This document shows positions 13,030 to 25,109 of a DNA stretch of 64,000 nt, in pieces; within the stretch, counting starts at the first letter, position 1, and each line of letters begins with the position of its first letter. The notes below the pieces were generated by a model. It was not told the DNA's origin. It ran no database searches and was given only the letters and a program-made list of their open reading frames with translations. Source of the stretch: Amphiscolops sp. MND2022 (Eukaryota); the NCBI GenBank assembly GCA_964187785.1, contig OZ076409.1, forward strand, positions 27,778,001 to 27,842,000, written 5' to 3'. The position numbers and the translations under genes were made by a program.

Positions 13030-13062
13030 TGGTGCAGCGCAGGATTTGAACCTACGTACACC
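13030..13062 (-). repeat. tRNA-derived fragment (T-arm plus acceptor 3' strand), probably from a SINE
   Basis: Minus strand reads GGTGTACGTAGGTTCAAATCCTGCGCTGCACCA. No 5' tRNA half is evident. Confidence 0.35.
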
Positions 13063-14297
13063 TTATTCCCAGACGTTAGCTGGTTAGTAAATTCCAGAAA
13101 GGGCCAGTATTGGGCAAATGAAACGGAAAATCAATTCATGGATTCTCTTTCTGCCTCAACAAAGCAGAAAGGTGTCTTCGCAAGAGGACCCTCCTCACTG
13201 ATATCGTCGCGTAAACGCTTACAGGTTGTAAAAGGTGGCTTCTTTCCGCAAAAACGCAGGTGAACAGGTTCAAGCTCTCTGGTCGGCACTCTTGACAGAA
13301 CCATGTTTGCGTTTGGCCTGTGTACGGCCACGTTGATGCATTGGAAAAGTTGATGTTTTTATGCTGCACGGTCTTGCGGGTTATTGTCCTGCTAGTTAGT
13401 TACAAGGTATTGAACTTATAGAAATTCGTCAGTTTGCTTGTTTTGAAAAAAAAAACAAATTACGAAAAAGCTGGTTTTGGATCTTTCTAGTCCTGTTGAG
13501 GCACTTTTTTATCAGCGAAAATTTCATAGGCGAATTTTTATTAGCGAAAATTTCAAACATGCTAATTATTTTTGCAAACTTTTAAAATTCAAAGTTTGAA
13601 AATTTTTTCTCATTTTTAGGACGCTTAGGCACTTTGTGTAGCACTGTTCACTTTAGGTATTTTTTTCAGTAAAATTTCAAATCTCTCCACAAATATATCT
13701 GCTGCGAATTGAATTTTTTGTCGAGAAATTTTGTGAAACAACCTTTTTACTACATAATTGAAACAAGGTAAACTTAGGGGAAAAAGCGGTTGATATTTTT
13801 TCCGTTTAATATACCGAATTCGAGTTAGGCTCATATGGCAAAATCAAAATTGAAATTCATTGAACATCTTAAGATATGTTCGCCTAAGCTGGTCGTTTTT
13901 GAAAGATCATCAGCAAAAATTCTGCGCTAGATAATTATATAACACTTGAATGTCCCGAAAAATTCAACTCCGTTTGGAGAATACGCACACTCCGAATTCT
14001 CGAATTCAGCAATCAATTATTCCTTTTTAAATTATGAAACCCTAAATTTTCAAACGTTTGAACTTCAGATGAAACATTCCCTTACTCAGCTGGAATCATT
14101 GCAAAGTCTCAAAGAGTAGTTTGAACTTAATAATTTTATCAACTCCTCAAATTTACAGTATTGTGTTCAACGTACCAACTATTTTTTCATCTCGAATAAA
14201 TAAGCGCTTTAAAGCTATTCGCTTTTAGAACGTGACATATCCTTTGAAATTTAATATTGCCGGGAATGAACATTAATATGCATTCATGCATTCAATC

Positions 14298-14301
<4 letters not shown>

Positions 14302-14337
<36 letters not shown>
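14302..14337. repeat. (GCTT)9 microsatellite
   Basis: Read directly. Confidence 0.95.
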
Positions 14338-14338
<1 letters not shown>

Positions 14339-15526
14339 GAACAAGAATCACAAGAATTTCATCTGAAATGCCAACACAGAAATGGTATTGTGAATGGTTA
14401 ATGTAAAAGTACCAGTTAGTTTGCATTTCCAACTAGAGTGTGAATCAAACGGCTGAGCCAGAGCTTGCTGAGTTTCCTGCTATAGTCCGCCGCCGAATCT
14501 GTTTGCGTGGAAGCAAGAACGCGCGCGGAATGACGTTTAGTTCTTACAGATAACAGCTCAAAGACGAGTTTCCACTTCTATAGTCGCTAATCTAAACTAA
14601 AGCAAAGCGAAGCACTAATGCACAGTGCTCCTTTGCTGCTCTATGGCGTGCGTGTTTCAACTCTGGTAACTCTGATCAGTCAGTTTCTTACCAAAACGCA
14701 GCAAATGCACATTATGTCGGTGATTTGAAGGTTAGTCACGTTTCACAAACACTAATGGTTTTTCTGGCTAATGGGTAACCTTTGACAAAAGTCCAATATT
14801 TTTTAATTTTTCAAGAATTTTTCAAAGCAGTGGAAAATTGGCGCATCTATTGAACGTTTGTTTAATGTGATGTATATCACACTCCGACCTAATGCCCATA
14901 TGCCTAATATTATGCCCATATGCCTAATATTACCTTGCGACAAGGGCGCTGAAATAAAAATGCCATCATTTTGTAAAGGCAACTAATCAACTCAATGGCA
15001 ACAAGAAATAAGAAATTTGATCGGCTGAAACGATCCAGTAATCACGAGGGAGGGAGTTTGAACGTAGTTGACCGTATCCAAGGTGAAGAAATAGTTTTGA
15101 AAATTATTTCAAGATTTTTGAAGCTTTTTGATACACTGATTACAAACAATGAAGTATATAATGAGTGGACTCTCAACATTACAATGAAAAAACATAATAC
15201 GTACGACTATTCGCGTGGTTTTCTTTGGACTGGTTTTCGAAAAAAAACGCTCAAGTGTCTGAACAATTCGCAGAAGCCGATTTGAAGCAATGACGTCATT
15301 ACCGAAAGCCGACAACCTAGTTCTCCGGCTCTTGTTAGCTGCTCTTCTACTCGCGACAGCACATCGAGCAACTGATAATCTTCATAGCTTCGAAGAGTGC
15401 GTTCACAACTTTGGAGCTAAACTTCTGGAAAAATGCGATCACCAGAAACTAATAGAGGCAAGAGCTGGAAAACTGAAGTTCCAAATTTTTGATCTGGAAC
15501 AATCAGTGGCTTCTTTCGTGGAAGTA

Positions 15527-15726
15527 NNNNNNNNNNNNNNNNNNNNNNNNNNNNNNNNNNNNNNNNNNNNNNNNNNNNNNNNNNNNNNNNNNNNNNNNNN
15601 NNNNNNNNNNNNNNNNNNNNNNNNNNNNNNNNNNNNNNNNNNNNNNNNNNNNNNNNNNNNNNNNNNNNNNNNNNNNNNNNNNNNNNNNNNNNNNNNNNNN
15701 NNNNNNNNNNNNNNNNNNNNNNNNNN
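15527..15726. other. Assembly gap (200 N)
   Basis: Run of N. Confidence 1.
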
Positions 15727-15829
15727 CGTTCCTCCGACCTACTTCCGCCCACCCTTTACGCGCTTCAGCTCGGTGGCAGTGGTTCCCAGGTTGCATAAGG
15801 AGCCTGAACAGGTTGTGTCCTACTTTTCT

Positions 15830-17411
15830 GGGTTCCATCGAGAGGACTTTCCTGTTCATTTGTCGTGTCAAAAGTGATGCAGTGATTATTAATTGAATTG
15901 ACTGTTGGGATGACACAAATAAAATTGCAAGCTATATAAACTAATATTTACACGTCACAGCAGGTGCCAGAAAAAGTACAATTCAGTTCACTGTCTGGCA
16001 GGTAGCTGTCAAGTCTGCTATCCATTTCTACCTCAATCGTTACATCGGCTGTCAGCTAGTCGGCTTCCAGCCATCTAAACCTGACACTCCGCTTGGCTGA
16101 AAATCCTTTCGTATGCTGTATCGTCTTCAGTCTGCCCAAACCTTTTGTGAATAAGTCCGCAATGTTGTCAGCTGAGACAAACTTCGAGTGATTTCTCTGC
16201 TCGCCTCACTCGACCGTGTCCTTGAGGAACGCTAGGCGGGTGGCGAAGTGTACCACGTTGTAGCTACTATCGTCCTTCGAGACTCAACCATCGTCCTTCG
16301 AATTCAACCATTTCTCAATCGCTTTTGTAAGGTGTTAGAGGTTTTCTGCACCAAAAACTGAGGCCACAAAGGCGGGAAGAGTGCTAATAATAATGCGGAT
16401 GAAACCCCAAGACCACCCATTTCAACGGGCAGAGCAATCAGAGTACTCGAAATTAAATTGCTTCAATGGCTTCTCGTAGACACTTCGCCTATCCAATCCC
16501 CAGAACGAAATTTCCGAGGTAATACACTTGATGTCGTAAAATTCATGAAAATAAAAGTTTTATTGAAGCTTTTCGAATGTCATCGTTCATTTTCAATACG
16601 TTCCAATTGTATTCTAGAGCAAAATCGAAAGTCCCGAGCACAAAATGATCAACAGTGTGTGTCTGTAGCTTTACGCTCAGTCGATTTGGCCTCTGCTTTT
16701 TTCACTAAAAACAATGTTTTACCAAAAACTGTCCATCTCTTTCAGGTGTTGTATTTTGCGATAATCCTCACTGATCCGTCTTCCGGTGGTTTGCCTCAGT
16801 TCCATTTTTGTGGTTTTTTGGTGAACTTTTTTCTGATGCTACCTTTAATTGCCATTCTGTGAAATTCTAGGTCTTATTTGATGTCAAAAAGACTATCACG
16901 CTGGAATTTTTATTGCCCGAACTAATATTTTGGACTCAGTTGGTTCGATTTTTCGCGAGTCAAAATTTTAACGCTAAGAGAACAGTCGTTTCCCTGTAAT
17001 AACCGAGTATATCTGACAATAAGCAACAAAATCTCCCAATAAGACATTCTTGTTTTCTGTACAACTTTTTTGCAAGTATTTCCAGACGTATGTTTTCAAT
17101 GCAAGGTCTTGTAACTAAAGTGCTGGTCGTTTCTCGTCTGCTCATAATTGTAATTAAGCAGATGTTGGGATCTCATGCTGGAACCCCGTGGACTGTGCCG
17201 AACCTATGGTAAACGCCCAAATGGAAAAATAAATGAACGCCGATGTTGAATCACGAAACAACAAAAAATTCCGCCCAGAGAATGTTTAAGTTTTCCAGCC
17301 GGTGGCTCTTTATAAAACGCTGTCGTCCGCACAACGGCGAGCGAGCCGGTGGTTTCTTTGAACAACTTATCTCCATTGCTCTACAATTTGCTATTGCGAC
17401 ATGTATGAGGA
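15830..17411 (+). repeat. 1.58-kb near-identical duplication, copy 1
   Basis: Matches 20177-21755 with only scattered SNPs and small indels. Confidence 0.9.
15903..16255 (-). mobile_element. Ty1/copia 3' fragment (RNase H end, PPT, short LTR 16086-15903); repeated at 20250-20600
   Basis: Minus strand translates HFATRLAFLKDTVE*...VSADNIADLFTKGLGR, followed by AAGCGGAG and TGTCAGG...CCCAACA. Confidence 0.65.
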
Positions 17412-18680
17412 TCGTTTCCATCGTTTCCGACTGTTTCGTTGACTCCTTGTACTTCCAGGTTTTGCCAAGTCGTTCATGAGTTGATCCTGTGAGGCTGACG
17501 AAACTTTCCGAGCTCAGCGAAACATGGGTTTGGCATCTAGTTTCACTTTCAATGTTGCAGGTTGATTATTCACGGGTGGTGAAGGAGCAATGAAATTAAT
17601 ATCTTCATGTTGTTGTACAGGTTGACATGTGTTATGTCTCTTCCAATTAAAACTTTCTCATTCGTAATTAACCACTCGATGTGTGTAAGTGCGTCCTATC
17701 CATACTTATTCACTGTCCAACGAATCCTCGTGTCTGAATAAGTGAGCATCATATGCTGCAATGAAATGCTCATTTGATTCCAGGCTGCTTGAACCCCTTT
17801 CTGCAAACACTTCGGTCGAACAAACTGTGAATTTAGATCCTGAATCTTTGCGCACTTCAAGCTTATTCCCAAAAATTTCAATTTGTTCCCATTCAGGAGC
17901 AGGCTGGACCGGATTTATATTCTCAACAGGTTGTGTATTGTACGTTTCTGCGTCGCTTGTTTTGATAAACGGTTCATCAGCAATGTTAGCGGTGTGGCTC
18001 AAGTTGTTCTTTCTTTCTTTCTTTCTTTCTTTTCTACGACAGCCTCTTTCCTCAGTGTTGCGACTAATTTTCTCATGGCTCACTCTCATTTTCAAAGACC
18101 TGCAAACGTTGTTGATGACTGGGCCTTCGGACCTTTGATGAGCATGCTTCACGCCATATATAGCGCTTTCTGGTGGTCTTTTGCTGAATCTGTTTCTGAC
18201 AGAGCGTGTCGTCAACAGCGAAAAGCTACAAAAATTGAAGACGTAGCTGATTCAACTTTTATGGCCTGAGATCTATATTAGAGTGTTTGTGATAGCTCTT
18301 CCGCTGTCAATTTCTCGGTAATACGTAGTGCGTCTAGAAATTTGAATTTTCCTTCTTTGTCTTTCAAGTACACTAAAAATCGTAGTCTAATCAGTTCCCC
18401 CTCGCGATCTCCGAACGTTTTGAGAGTTTCAAAATTGTAGTAATGAGCATCTTCTTTGAGTCTAACCCAAAAATCATTTTCAGTTTCACCAAATCCTCGA
18501 GTAGTGGAGGGAATATTGTTCTTCCGGCAATGACTCGTCATTCGGGTCGTTCAAGGGTAAATGATGATTTTGGTCGAAAGTCATTTGACTTGAAACCTTA
18601 TTGCTTAGGATATTTGGTCCCTTGGTACAAATTTTTCGACCCAAACGTCTGGGGAAAATGGTCACTTGGCTTCATATAAA
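17412..18680 (-). mobile_element. Degenerate LTR-retrotransposon remnant (gypsy-like gag pieces)
   Basis: Gag-like fragment GETENDFWVRLKEDAHYYNF...LIRLRFLVYLKD with broken ORFs around it. Confidence 0.4.
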
Positions 18681-18849
18681 TAGGCTGGAAATCATCAATT
18701 TGAAAATGCGCAATTAATCAATTAAACGTAGTCATCTATGTTCACATACCCTTAGTTCCCTAAAACCAAGGAGCAAAGCGATGCGTCAGTTTTGCCTCTT
18801 GGCGTCAGGAGCGGAGCAACTGAGCCATACAATAAGTATGATAGCCTCT

Positions 18850-20249
18850 TCAAATAAAATCAAACCTCTTGAAACTCAGCCAAGTGGGAATCACGGGTCG
18901 GATGTTTAACATTATTAAATCACTTTTGCTCTCTCGCAAATCCTTCATCAAAGTAGGAAAGTTCAACTCACCGCCTTTTAAGATTGAAAGTGGTCTCCCC
19001 CAGGGTAGCGTTCTCTCGCCAACCTTATTTATATTGTTCATAAATGACTTCATCGGCACGCTTTCTCCCCGCTTCAAATTCGCAGACGACACAGCCGTAC
19101 TCGTCAAAGTATCCGTCCCCAGTACTCTCGAATCAACATTACAAGAAGTTGCAAATGAAGTTCAAACTTGGTGCCGGAAATGGCGGATGGTGGTCAATGG
19201 TTCCAAAACAGAGATAATAGTTTTAATGCAGGAAACTTTTCAAAACCAGCTATTGTAATGAACGGGCATCTCTGTAACATAAAATCATCTACTAGATCCC
19301 TAGGCATCCAAATCGACGACAAATTAAACTTCCGTGAACAAACAGAGCAGTGCATTGCCAAAGCCAAGAGAAATTGGAATCTTATCGCCTGTAAATGCCT
19401 CAGGAAGTACTCACTGTCAATTACTACAAAAGTATTTCTATACAAAACCATCATTTTACCACAACTACCCCACGGAGCGCCAATTTGGTATCACAAAAAT
19501 GTGGAGAAACTACAGACTTTTCAAAATTCCGTCATTAGATCTGTTTTCGAACACGGCCCATCTCAATCCATGCAAGCAAGCCAAGGGCTGATTGGACAGC
19601 CTCCTGTAGACATACTTTGCGAAAGTATTGCCATCAAATTTGCAATTAAGCTAAAGGAAAATAACGATCGGGTTCTCTACAGTCATCAATCCGCTCTCTG
19701 TAGACCCTCGAGCAGAGCAAATTTCCTAGAAGCTAGCCTGAAAGATTTTCCCGACTATACCCAAGTAACGCAAGACTGAAGTATTCGCCTCCAGAAATCA
19801 ATTCATTTATAGCAAGTCAGTGGCGAAACAGATGGAACAGCTCCTTCCACAACTGCTTCCTAAAAAATTTCCAATCGAGCCAACCATCAAACGGATGATT
19901 ATCACCCTTGGTTTACGGTGACAGTTATATTGCAAACAAGCTATGCGAATTCTTCATCGGAAACACCGTGAAACTTGCAGATTACAAATGGAAGCTCGGC
20001 GGAAGTGAGTCTCCCCTCTGCAAATGTAAAAGGTCAAAAGAAACTCCCTGTCACTTCTTCTTCGAGTGTATCCTGCATAAAAGACCAGACTGTGTTGAAA
20101 TGAAGAACGTCTTCAATGAAGACGATGTTGAAAACCTGAAGTCATTCATTTATAACACAACAGCCTGGATATGAGAGGGTTCCATCGAGAGGACTTTCCT
20201 GTTCATTTGTCGTCTCAAAAGTGATGCAGTGATTATTAATTGAATTGAC
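18850..20249 (+). mobile_element. 5'-truncated non-LTR retrotransposon (LINE; RT plus C-terminal Cys/His finger), frameshifted
   Basis: GLPQGSVLSPTLF, FADD, LGIQIDDKLNF and SPLCKC...ETPCHFFFEC. Stop at 20174. 3' UTR ends in AATTGAATTGA. Confidence 0.85.
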
Positions 20250-21755
20250 TGTTGGGATGACACAAATAAAATTACAGCTATATAAACTAATATTTACACG
20301 TCACAGCAGGTGCCAGAAAAAGTACATTTCAGTTCACTGTCTGGCAGGTAGCTGTCAAGTCTGCTATCCATTTCTACCTCAATCGTTACATCGGCTGTCA
20401 GCTAGTCGGCTTCCAGCCATCTAAACCTGACACTCCGCTTGGCTGAAAATCCTTTCGTATGCTGTATCGTCTTCAGTCTGCCCAAACCTTTTGTGAATAA
20501 GTCCGCCATGTTGTCAGCTGAGACAAACTTCGAGTGAATTCTCTGCTCGCCTCACTCGACCGTGTCCTTGAGGAACGCTAGGCGGGTGGCGAAGTGTACC
20601 ACATTGTAGCTACCATCGTCCTTCGAGACTCAACCATCGTCCTTCGAATTCAACCTTTTCTCAATCGCTTTTGTAAGGTGTTAGAGGTTTTCTGCACCAA
20701 AAGCTGAGGCCACAAAGGCGGGAAGAGTGCTAATAATAATGCGGATGAAACCCCAAGACCACCCATTTCAACGGGCAGAGCAATCAGAGTACTCGAAATT
20801 AAATTGCTTCAATGGCTTCTCGTAGACACTTCGCCTATCCAATCCCCAGAACGAAATTTCCGAGGTGATACACTTGATGTAAAATTCATGAAAATAAAAG
20901 TTTTATTGAAGCTTTTCGAATGTCATCGTTCATTTTCAATACGTTCCAATTGTATTCTAGAGCAAAATCGAAAGTCCCGAGCACAAAATGATCAACAGTG
21001 TGTGTCTGTAGCTTTACGCTCAGTCGATTTGGTCTCTGCTTTTTTCACTAAAAACAATGTTTTACCAAAAACTGTCCATCTCTTTCAGGTGTTGTATTTT
21101 GCGATAATCCTCACTGATCCGTCTTCCGGTGGTTTGCCTCAGTTCCATTTTTGTGGTTTTTTGGTGAACTTTTTTCTGATGCTACCTTTAATTGCCATTC
21201 TGTGAAATTCTAGGTCTTATTTGATGTCAAAAAGACTATCACGCTGGAATTTTTATTGCTCGAACTAATATTTTGGACTCAGTTGGTTCGATTTTTCGCG
21301 AGTCAAAATTTTAACGCTAAGAGAACAGTCGTTTCCCTGTAATAACCGAGTATATCTGACAATAAGCAACAAAATCTCCCAATAAGACATTCTTGTTTTC
21401 TGTACAACTTTTTTGCAAGTATTTCCAGACGTATGTTTTTCAATGCAAGGTCTTGTAACTAAAGTGCTGGTCGTTTCTCGTCTGCTCATAATTGTAATTA
21501 AGCAGATGTTGGGATCTCATGCTGGAACCCCGTGGACTGTGCCGAACCTATGGTAAACGCCCAAATGGAAAAATAAATGAACGCCGATGTTGAATCACGA
21601 AACAACAAAAAATTCCGCCAAGAGAATGTTTAAATTTTCCAGCCGGTGTCTCTTTATAAAACGCTGTCGTCCGCACAGCGGCGAGCGAGCCGGTGGTTTC
21701 TTTGAACAACTTATCTCCATTGCTCTGCAGTTTGCTATTGCGACATGTATGAGGA
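20177..21755 (+). repeat. 1.58-kb near-identical duplication, copy 2
   Basis: Matches 15830-17411. Confidence 0.9.
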
Positions 21756-22329
21756 AATTTGAGCGTCATATGCCCTTTCGAGAAAATATACTACAATTAA
21801 TCTTCGGCATTTTTTGTGGCGGCAGCTCTGCTAAATTATAATGGGTTGCGAATGGTTTTTGTTCCGTATGTCTACTGAGATATTGGCTGGCATGCGTAAT
21901 AAGTCTTTTGTTTTGCATTTCTCCTGGTTGTTTCCCCTCGTTTGTAGACCTCGCTTGTGTGCCATATGCAGACCAAAGTGCATTGAAATGAGAAGAACAA
22001 CGACGTACCTTTTATGAAATTATCATCTTGTAAGACTTTATCTATTGGCGACGTATCTATTGGCTGAACTTCGCCCAATACAAGCTTGTAGGCTCACTGA
22101 ATCTACCCATTATGTCCCCAAGTTTTAATCGTGATTTTGACACCAAGATATTTTGCCGTGACGGAGTTCATTTTTCCTTCTTTGGCAATCATATCTTCAC
22201 CCGCATCCTGTCTTTCTATATTTCTCACTATAGTTGTAATTTTATTCATATGTAAGTAATTGAAATGTATATATAACTGACCTGACAACCTTCCCTCAAT
22301 TATAATGCGGATCAAACGCATTGTAGTAA

Positions 22330-25109
22330 ATGCAACGGGCATCTGAGGGGTGGAGGTGTATGGTGCAACGAGTGCGGCTACCTTCATATACGATGCAGTG
22401 GTCTGGCATCCGGACGAGACCACTACCAGGGCTTCATCTGCCAAATCCTGCTGCCGCCCCGCAAGATGACACCAACACATCGCTCGCAGCGACACCACAA
22501 TTCAATACGCTTACAACTGCAGAAACAAACCAAAACGACCCTCAGGCTTCCCTCAATGTCACTCCACCCACACCCGCTGACTTTTGGACGAAAATAACAC
22601 CAACACATACTGACTTTATCGAAAGCTGCTATTCTGAAATAGTCCACCGGAAGCCCCAATTTGTGACTGTCAGCAAAAACAAAACTGGATACTGCTTAAT
22701 CGAAAGCCTCAGCATTATCTTACAGGAAGTTGTCGAAAAATCGCGAAACTCGAATGTGGCACTTTACTACGCGATAATAATCCCCCATCTAGTACGAAAG
22801 AGAACCGCGAAACATCCACCGGAAAAACCATTCAAAGACGAATAGAAGCATGGCTTAGCTGCGAATTCGAGACGCTCTTCAACGAAGCAAAGGGACTGCA
22901 GCTACGTATCCCAAAGGTGCTGAAAACCCAGAATCCTGACGCAATGAAAAATATTGGCATCCAAATGTCATCCGGGAAAATCTCGAACGCATTGCGGTGT
23001 CTGGATGGGTCTCACAAAGTCAACGTCCTATAATTGCAAGAAAAAGTGAGAAAGAAAACCGTTATGCAAATCCTTCAGGAGAAACACCTAAAACCGATGA
23101 CATCAGATGACAGCTACGTCACTAACGTGAATGACCTCACCCTCGAACAGTATTTTCGACAAAATCAACGCCTCGACAGTCCGAAAAACAGCCATAGTAA
23201 CGCAAGGTAGCCACGAGCCATCCGGCGTCGACATCAACGGCTGGCGCAGGTGGCTTTCACATTTTGGTCAAGCCTCCACGAACCTCTGCAAGGCTCTGGT
23301 GGCATTTGCCTGGAGGCTCGCAACAGAACAAATGCAAGATCTATCTCCCTACAACGCATGCCGTCTCATACCGCTTGAGAAAAACCCATGTGTCAGACCA
23401 ATCGGAGTGGGTGAAATCATCGGACGCATAATCGGGAGGATAACATCCTTCGATGCATCGGAAACGACCTCAAGCTTTTGGGCCAGACTAGGCAACTCTG
23501 CCTTAATCAAAAATATGGCATCGAACACGCCTTTCACAGTCTCCGCGAGACGTTCGAACTGTCAAAGAGGGAAGGGCTTCTCCTCTTGACGCCATAAACG
23601 CGTTCATAAGTCTAATTAGGGATCTGGACCTGAAAAATATTCAGAAAATCTGTCCATCCATCATAATAGCGCTCTGAAACTCATATGGTACACCTTCAAA
23701 CCTTTACGTGAATGTGAAAACTCTCTTGTCGCAAGAAGGAACTACTCAAGGCGACCCTCTGACTATGTCCATGTATGGCATTGTGCTTCTACGGTTAATG
23801 GACCTCGTGAACGAAGAAGGAGTGGTTCAAAAATGGTATGCTGACGATGGTTATGTAGCCGGTAGCATCGAATCGCTTCGAATTCTCTCCGGAAAGTTTA
23901 AGCTCCACGGTCCCGCATTCGGATACAACATCACTAAATGCCACCTCATCACGAAAGATTCCTCCCTGGACAAAGCAAAATACCTTTTTAAAGACGAGGA
24001 TGTTGAACTGGGCGAGGACATTGCATACTGGGGTCCGTTATTGGTTGGTCCGAGGCCTGTCACGCTTTCCAGTCCTCTAAATCATGCATTTACAAAAGGT
24101 GTTCAAAACAAACTGACCTTCCTGTCAAGAACAACTCGTGACATTAAAATCACACTACGGAACACCGAATCTCTCAACGACGAAACTGATCCCCAACATC
24201 AACGGCCGTGGTCAGCCATCTGTAACGTTCTCTTTTCTCTCTACCGCTCAGCAACGGTGGGCGGAATATCCTTTCACCCGAAGACAGGAGAAACTATCTG
24301 CAGTGGTCAAAAGCTGTTACTTCTCATCTAGATGCAGAGGATCTAACCACCGCCGAAGCGAAGCAACAGTCAACAGTAAACATGATAAAGAAACAGAAGC
24401 AAGACATTCGAAAAATGAAGCTTGAAGAAGAAGTCAAATGCAACTTGAATGACAAACAACGACACGCAGCTACACTTGTTTTGGAAAAAGGTGCATTCAG
24501 CTGGCTAGCAGCCATCCCACTGGAACGGTATGGTTTCGCTCTTACGAAGTCTGAATTTCGGGACGGTCTCGCGTTACGCTACGGTTGGGAGCCAAAGAAC
24601 TTACCTGCCAAATGCCCATGTGGTGAACCCTTCACTGTTGCCCATTCCTTACACTACGGAGAAGGAGGCTACACCTACATGAAACATGATGAAATACGTG
24701 GTACGTTCGCAAAGATAATGAAAGACCTTTGCTTTGACGTTGAGGTGGAGCCGAAACTTCAGAGGGTAGAAGAGGAATCCTTCGAACATGAATCAACTTG
24801 CACTGAAGATGCTCGTCTCGATATCAGAGCAAATCCTTGATGTAGAAAACAGCTAATTCAATCCTCTTGTCTTCGCGCGTTCAGGAGGCGCAGGTACTTC
24901 AGCCTCGAAAGTTATGTCCCGACTTGCCCTGAAGATCAGCGAAAAAGGACAAGACAGCTACTCGTACGCCATAGGATACATCAGGACGCAAATTAGCTTC
25001 GCTTTGCCTACGCAGTTCCGTGCTGTGCCTTAGAGGATCTCGATCTACTCGCCGTCAAACTGACGAATCATCTATCTCTGCAATGGTTGAAGAGGGAAGG
25101 TTGCCGTGA
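22330..25109 (+). mobile_element. Degenerate CRE-like non-LTR retrotransposon (RT, Cys/His finger, restriction-like endonuclease)
   Basis: ACRLIPLEK...VRPIGVGE, EGTTQGDPL, WYADDG, CPCG...H...GG...HDEIR and RLDIRA, with many stops and frameshifts. Confidence 0.8.

Noticed and set aside
13030..13062. Functional tRNA gene
   Set aside because: Only a 3' portion is recognisable and no cloverleaf could be built.
15290..15916. ORFs spanning the N gap, including a signal-peptide-like start at 15290
   Set aside because: Frames stay open only through Ns. 15290-15523 could be a first exon but cannot be supported here.
16458..16862. Duplicated 134-aa ORF (also 20804-21205) as a conserved gene
   Set aside because: Non-ATG start and no motif; the identity just reflects the recent DNA duplication.
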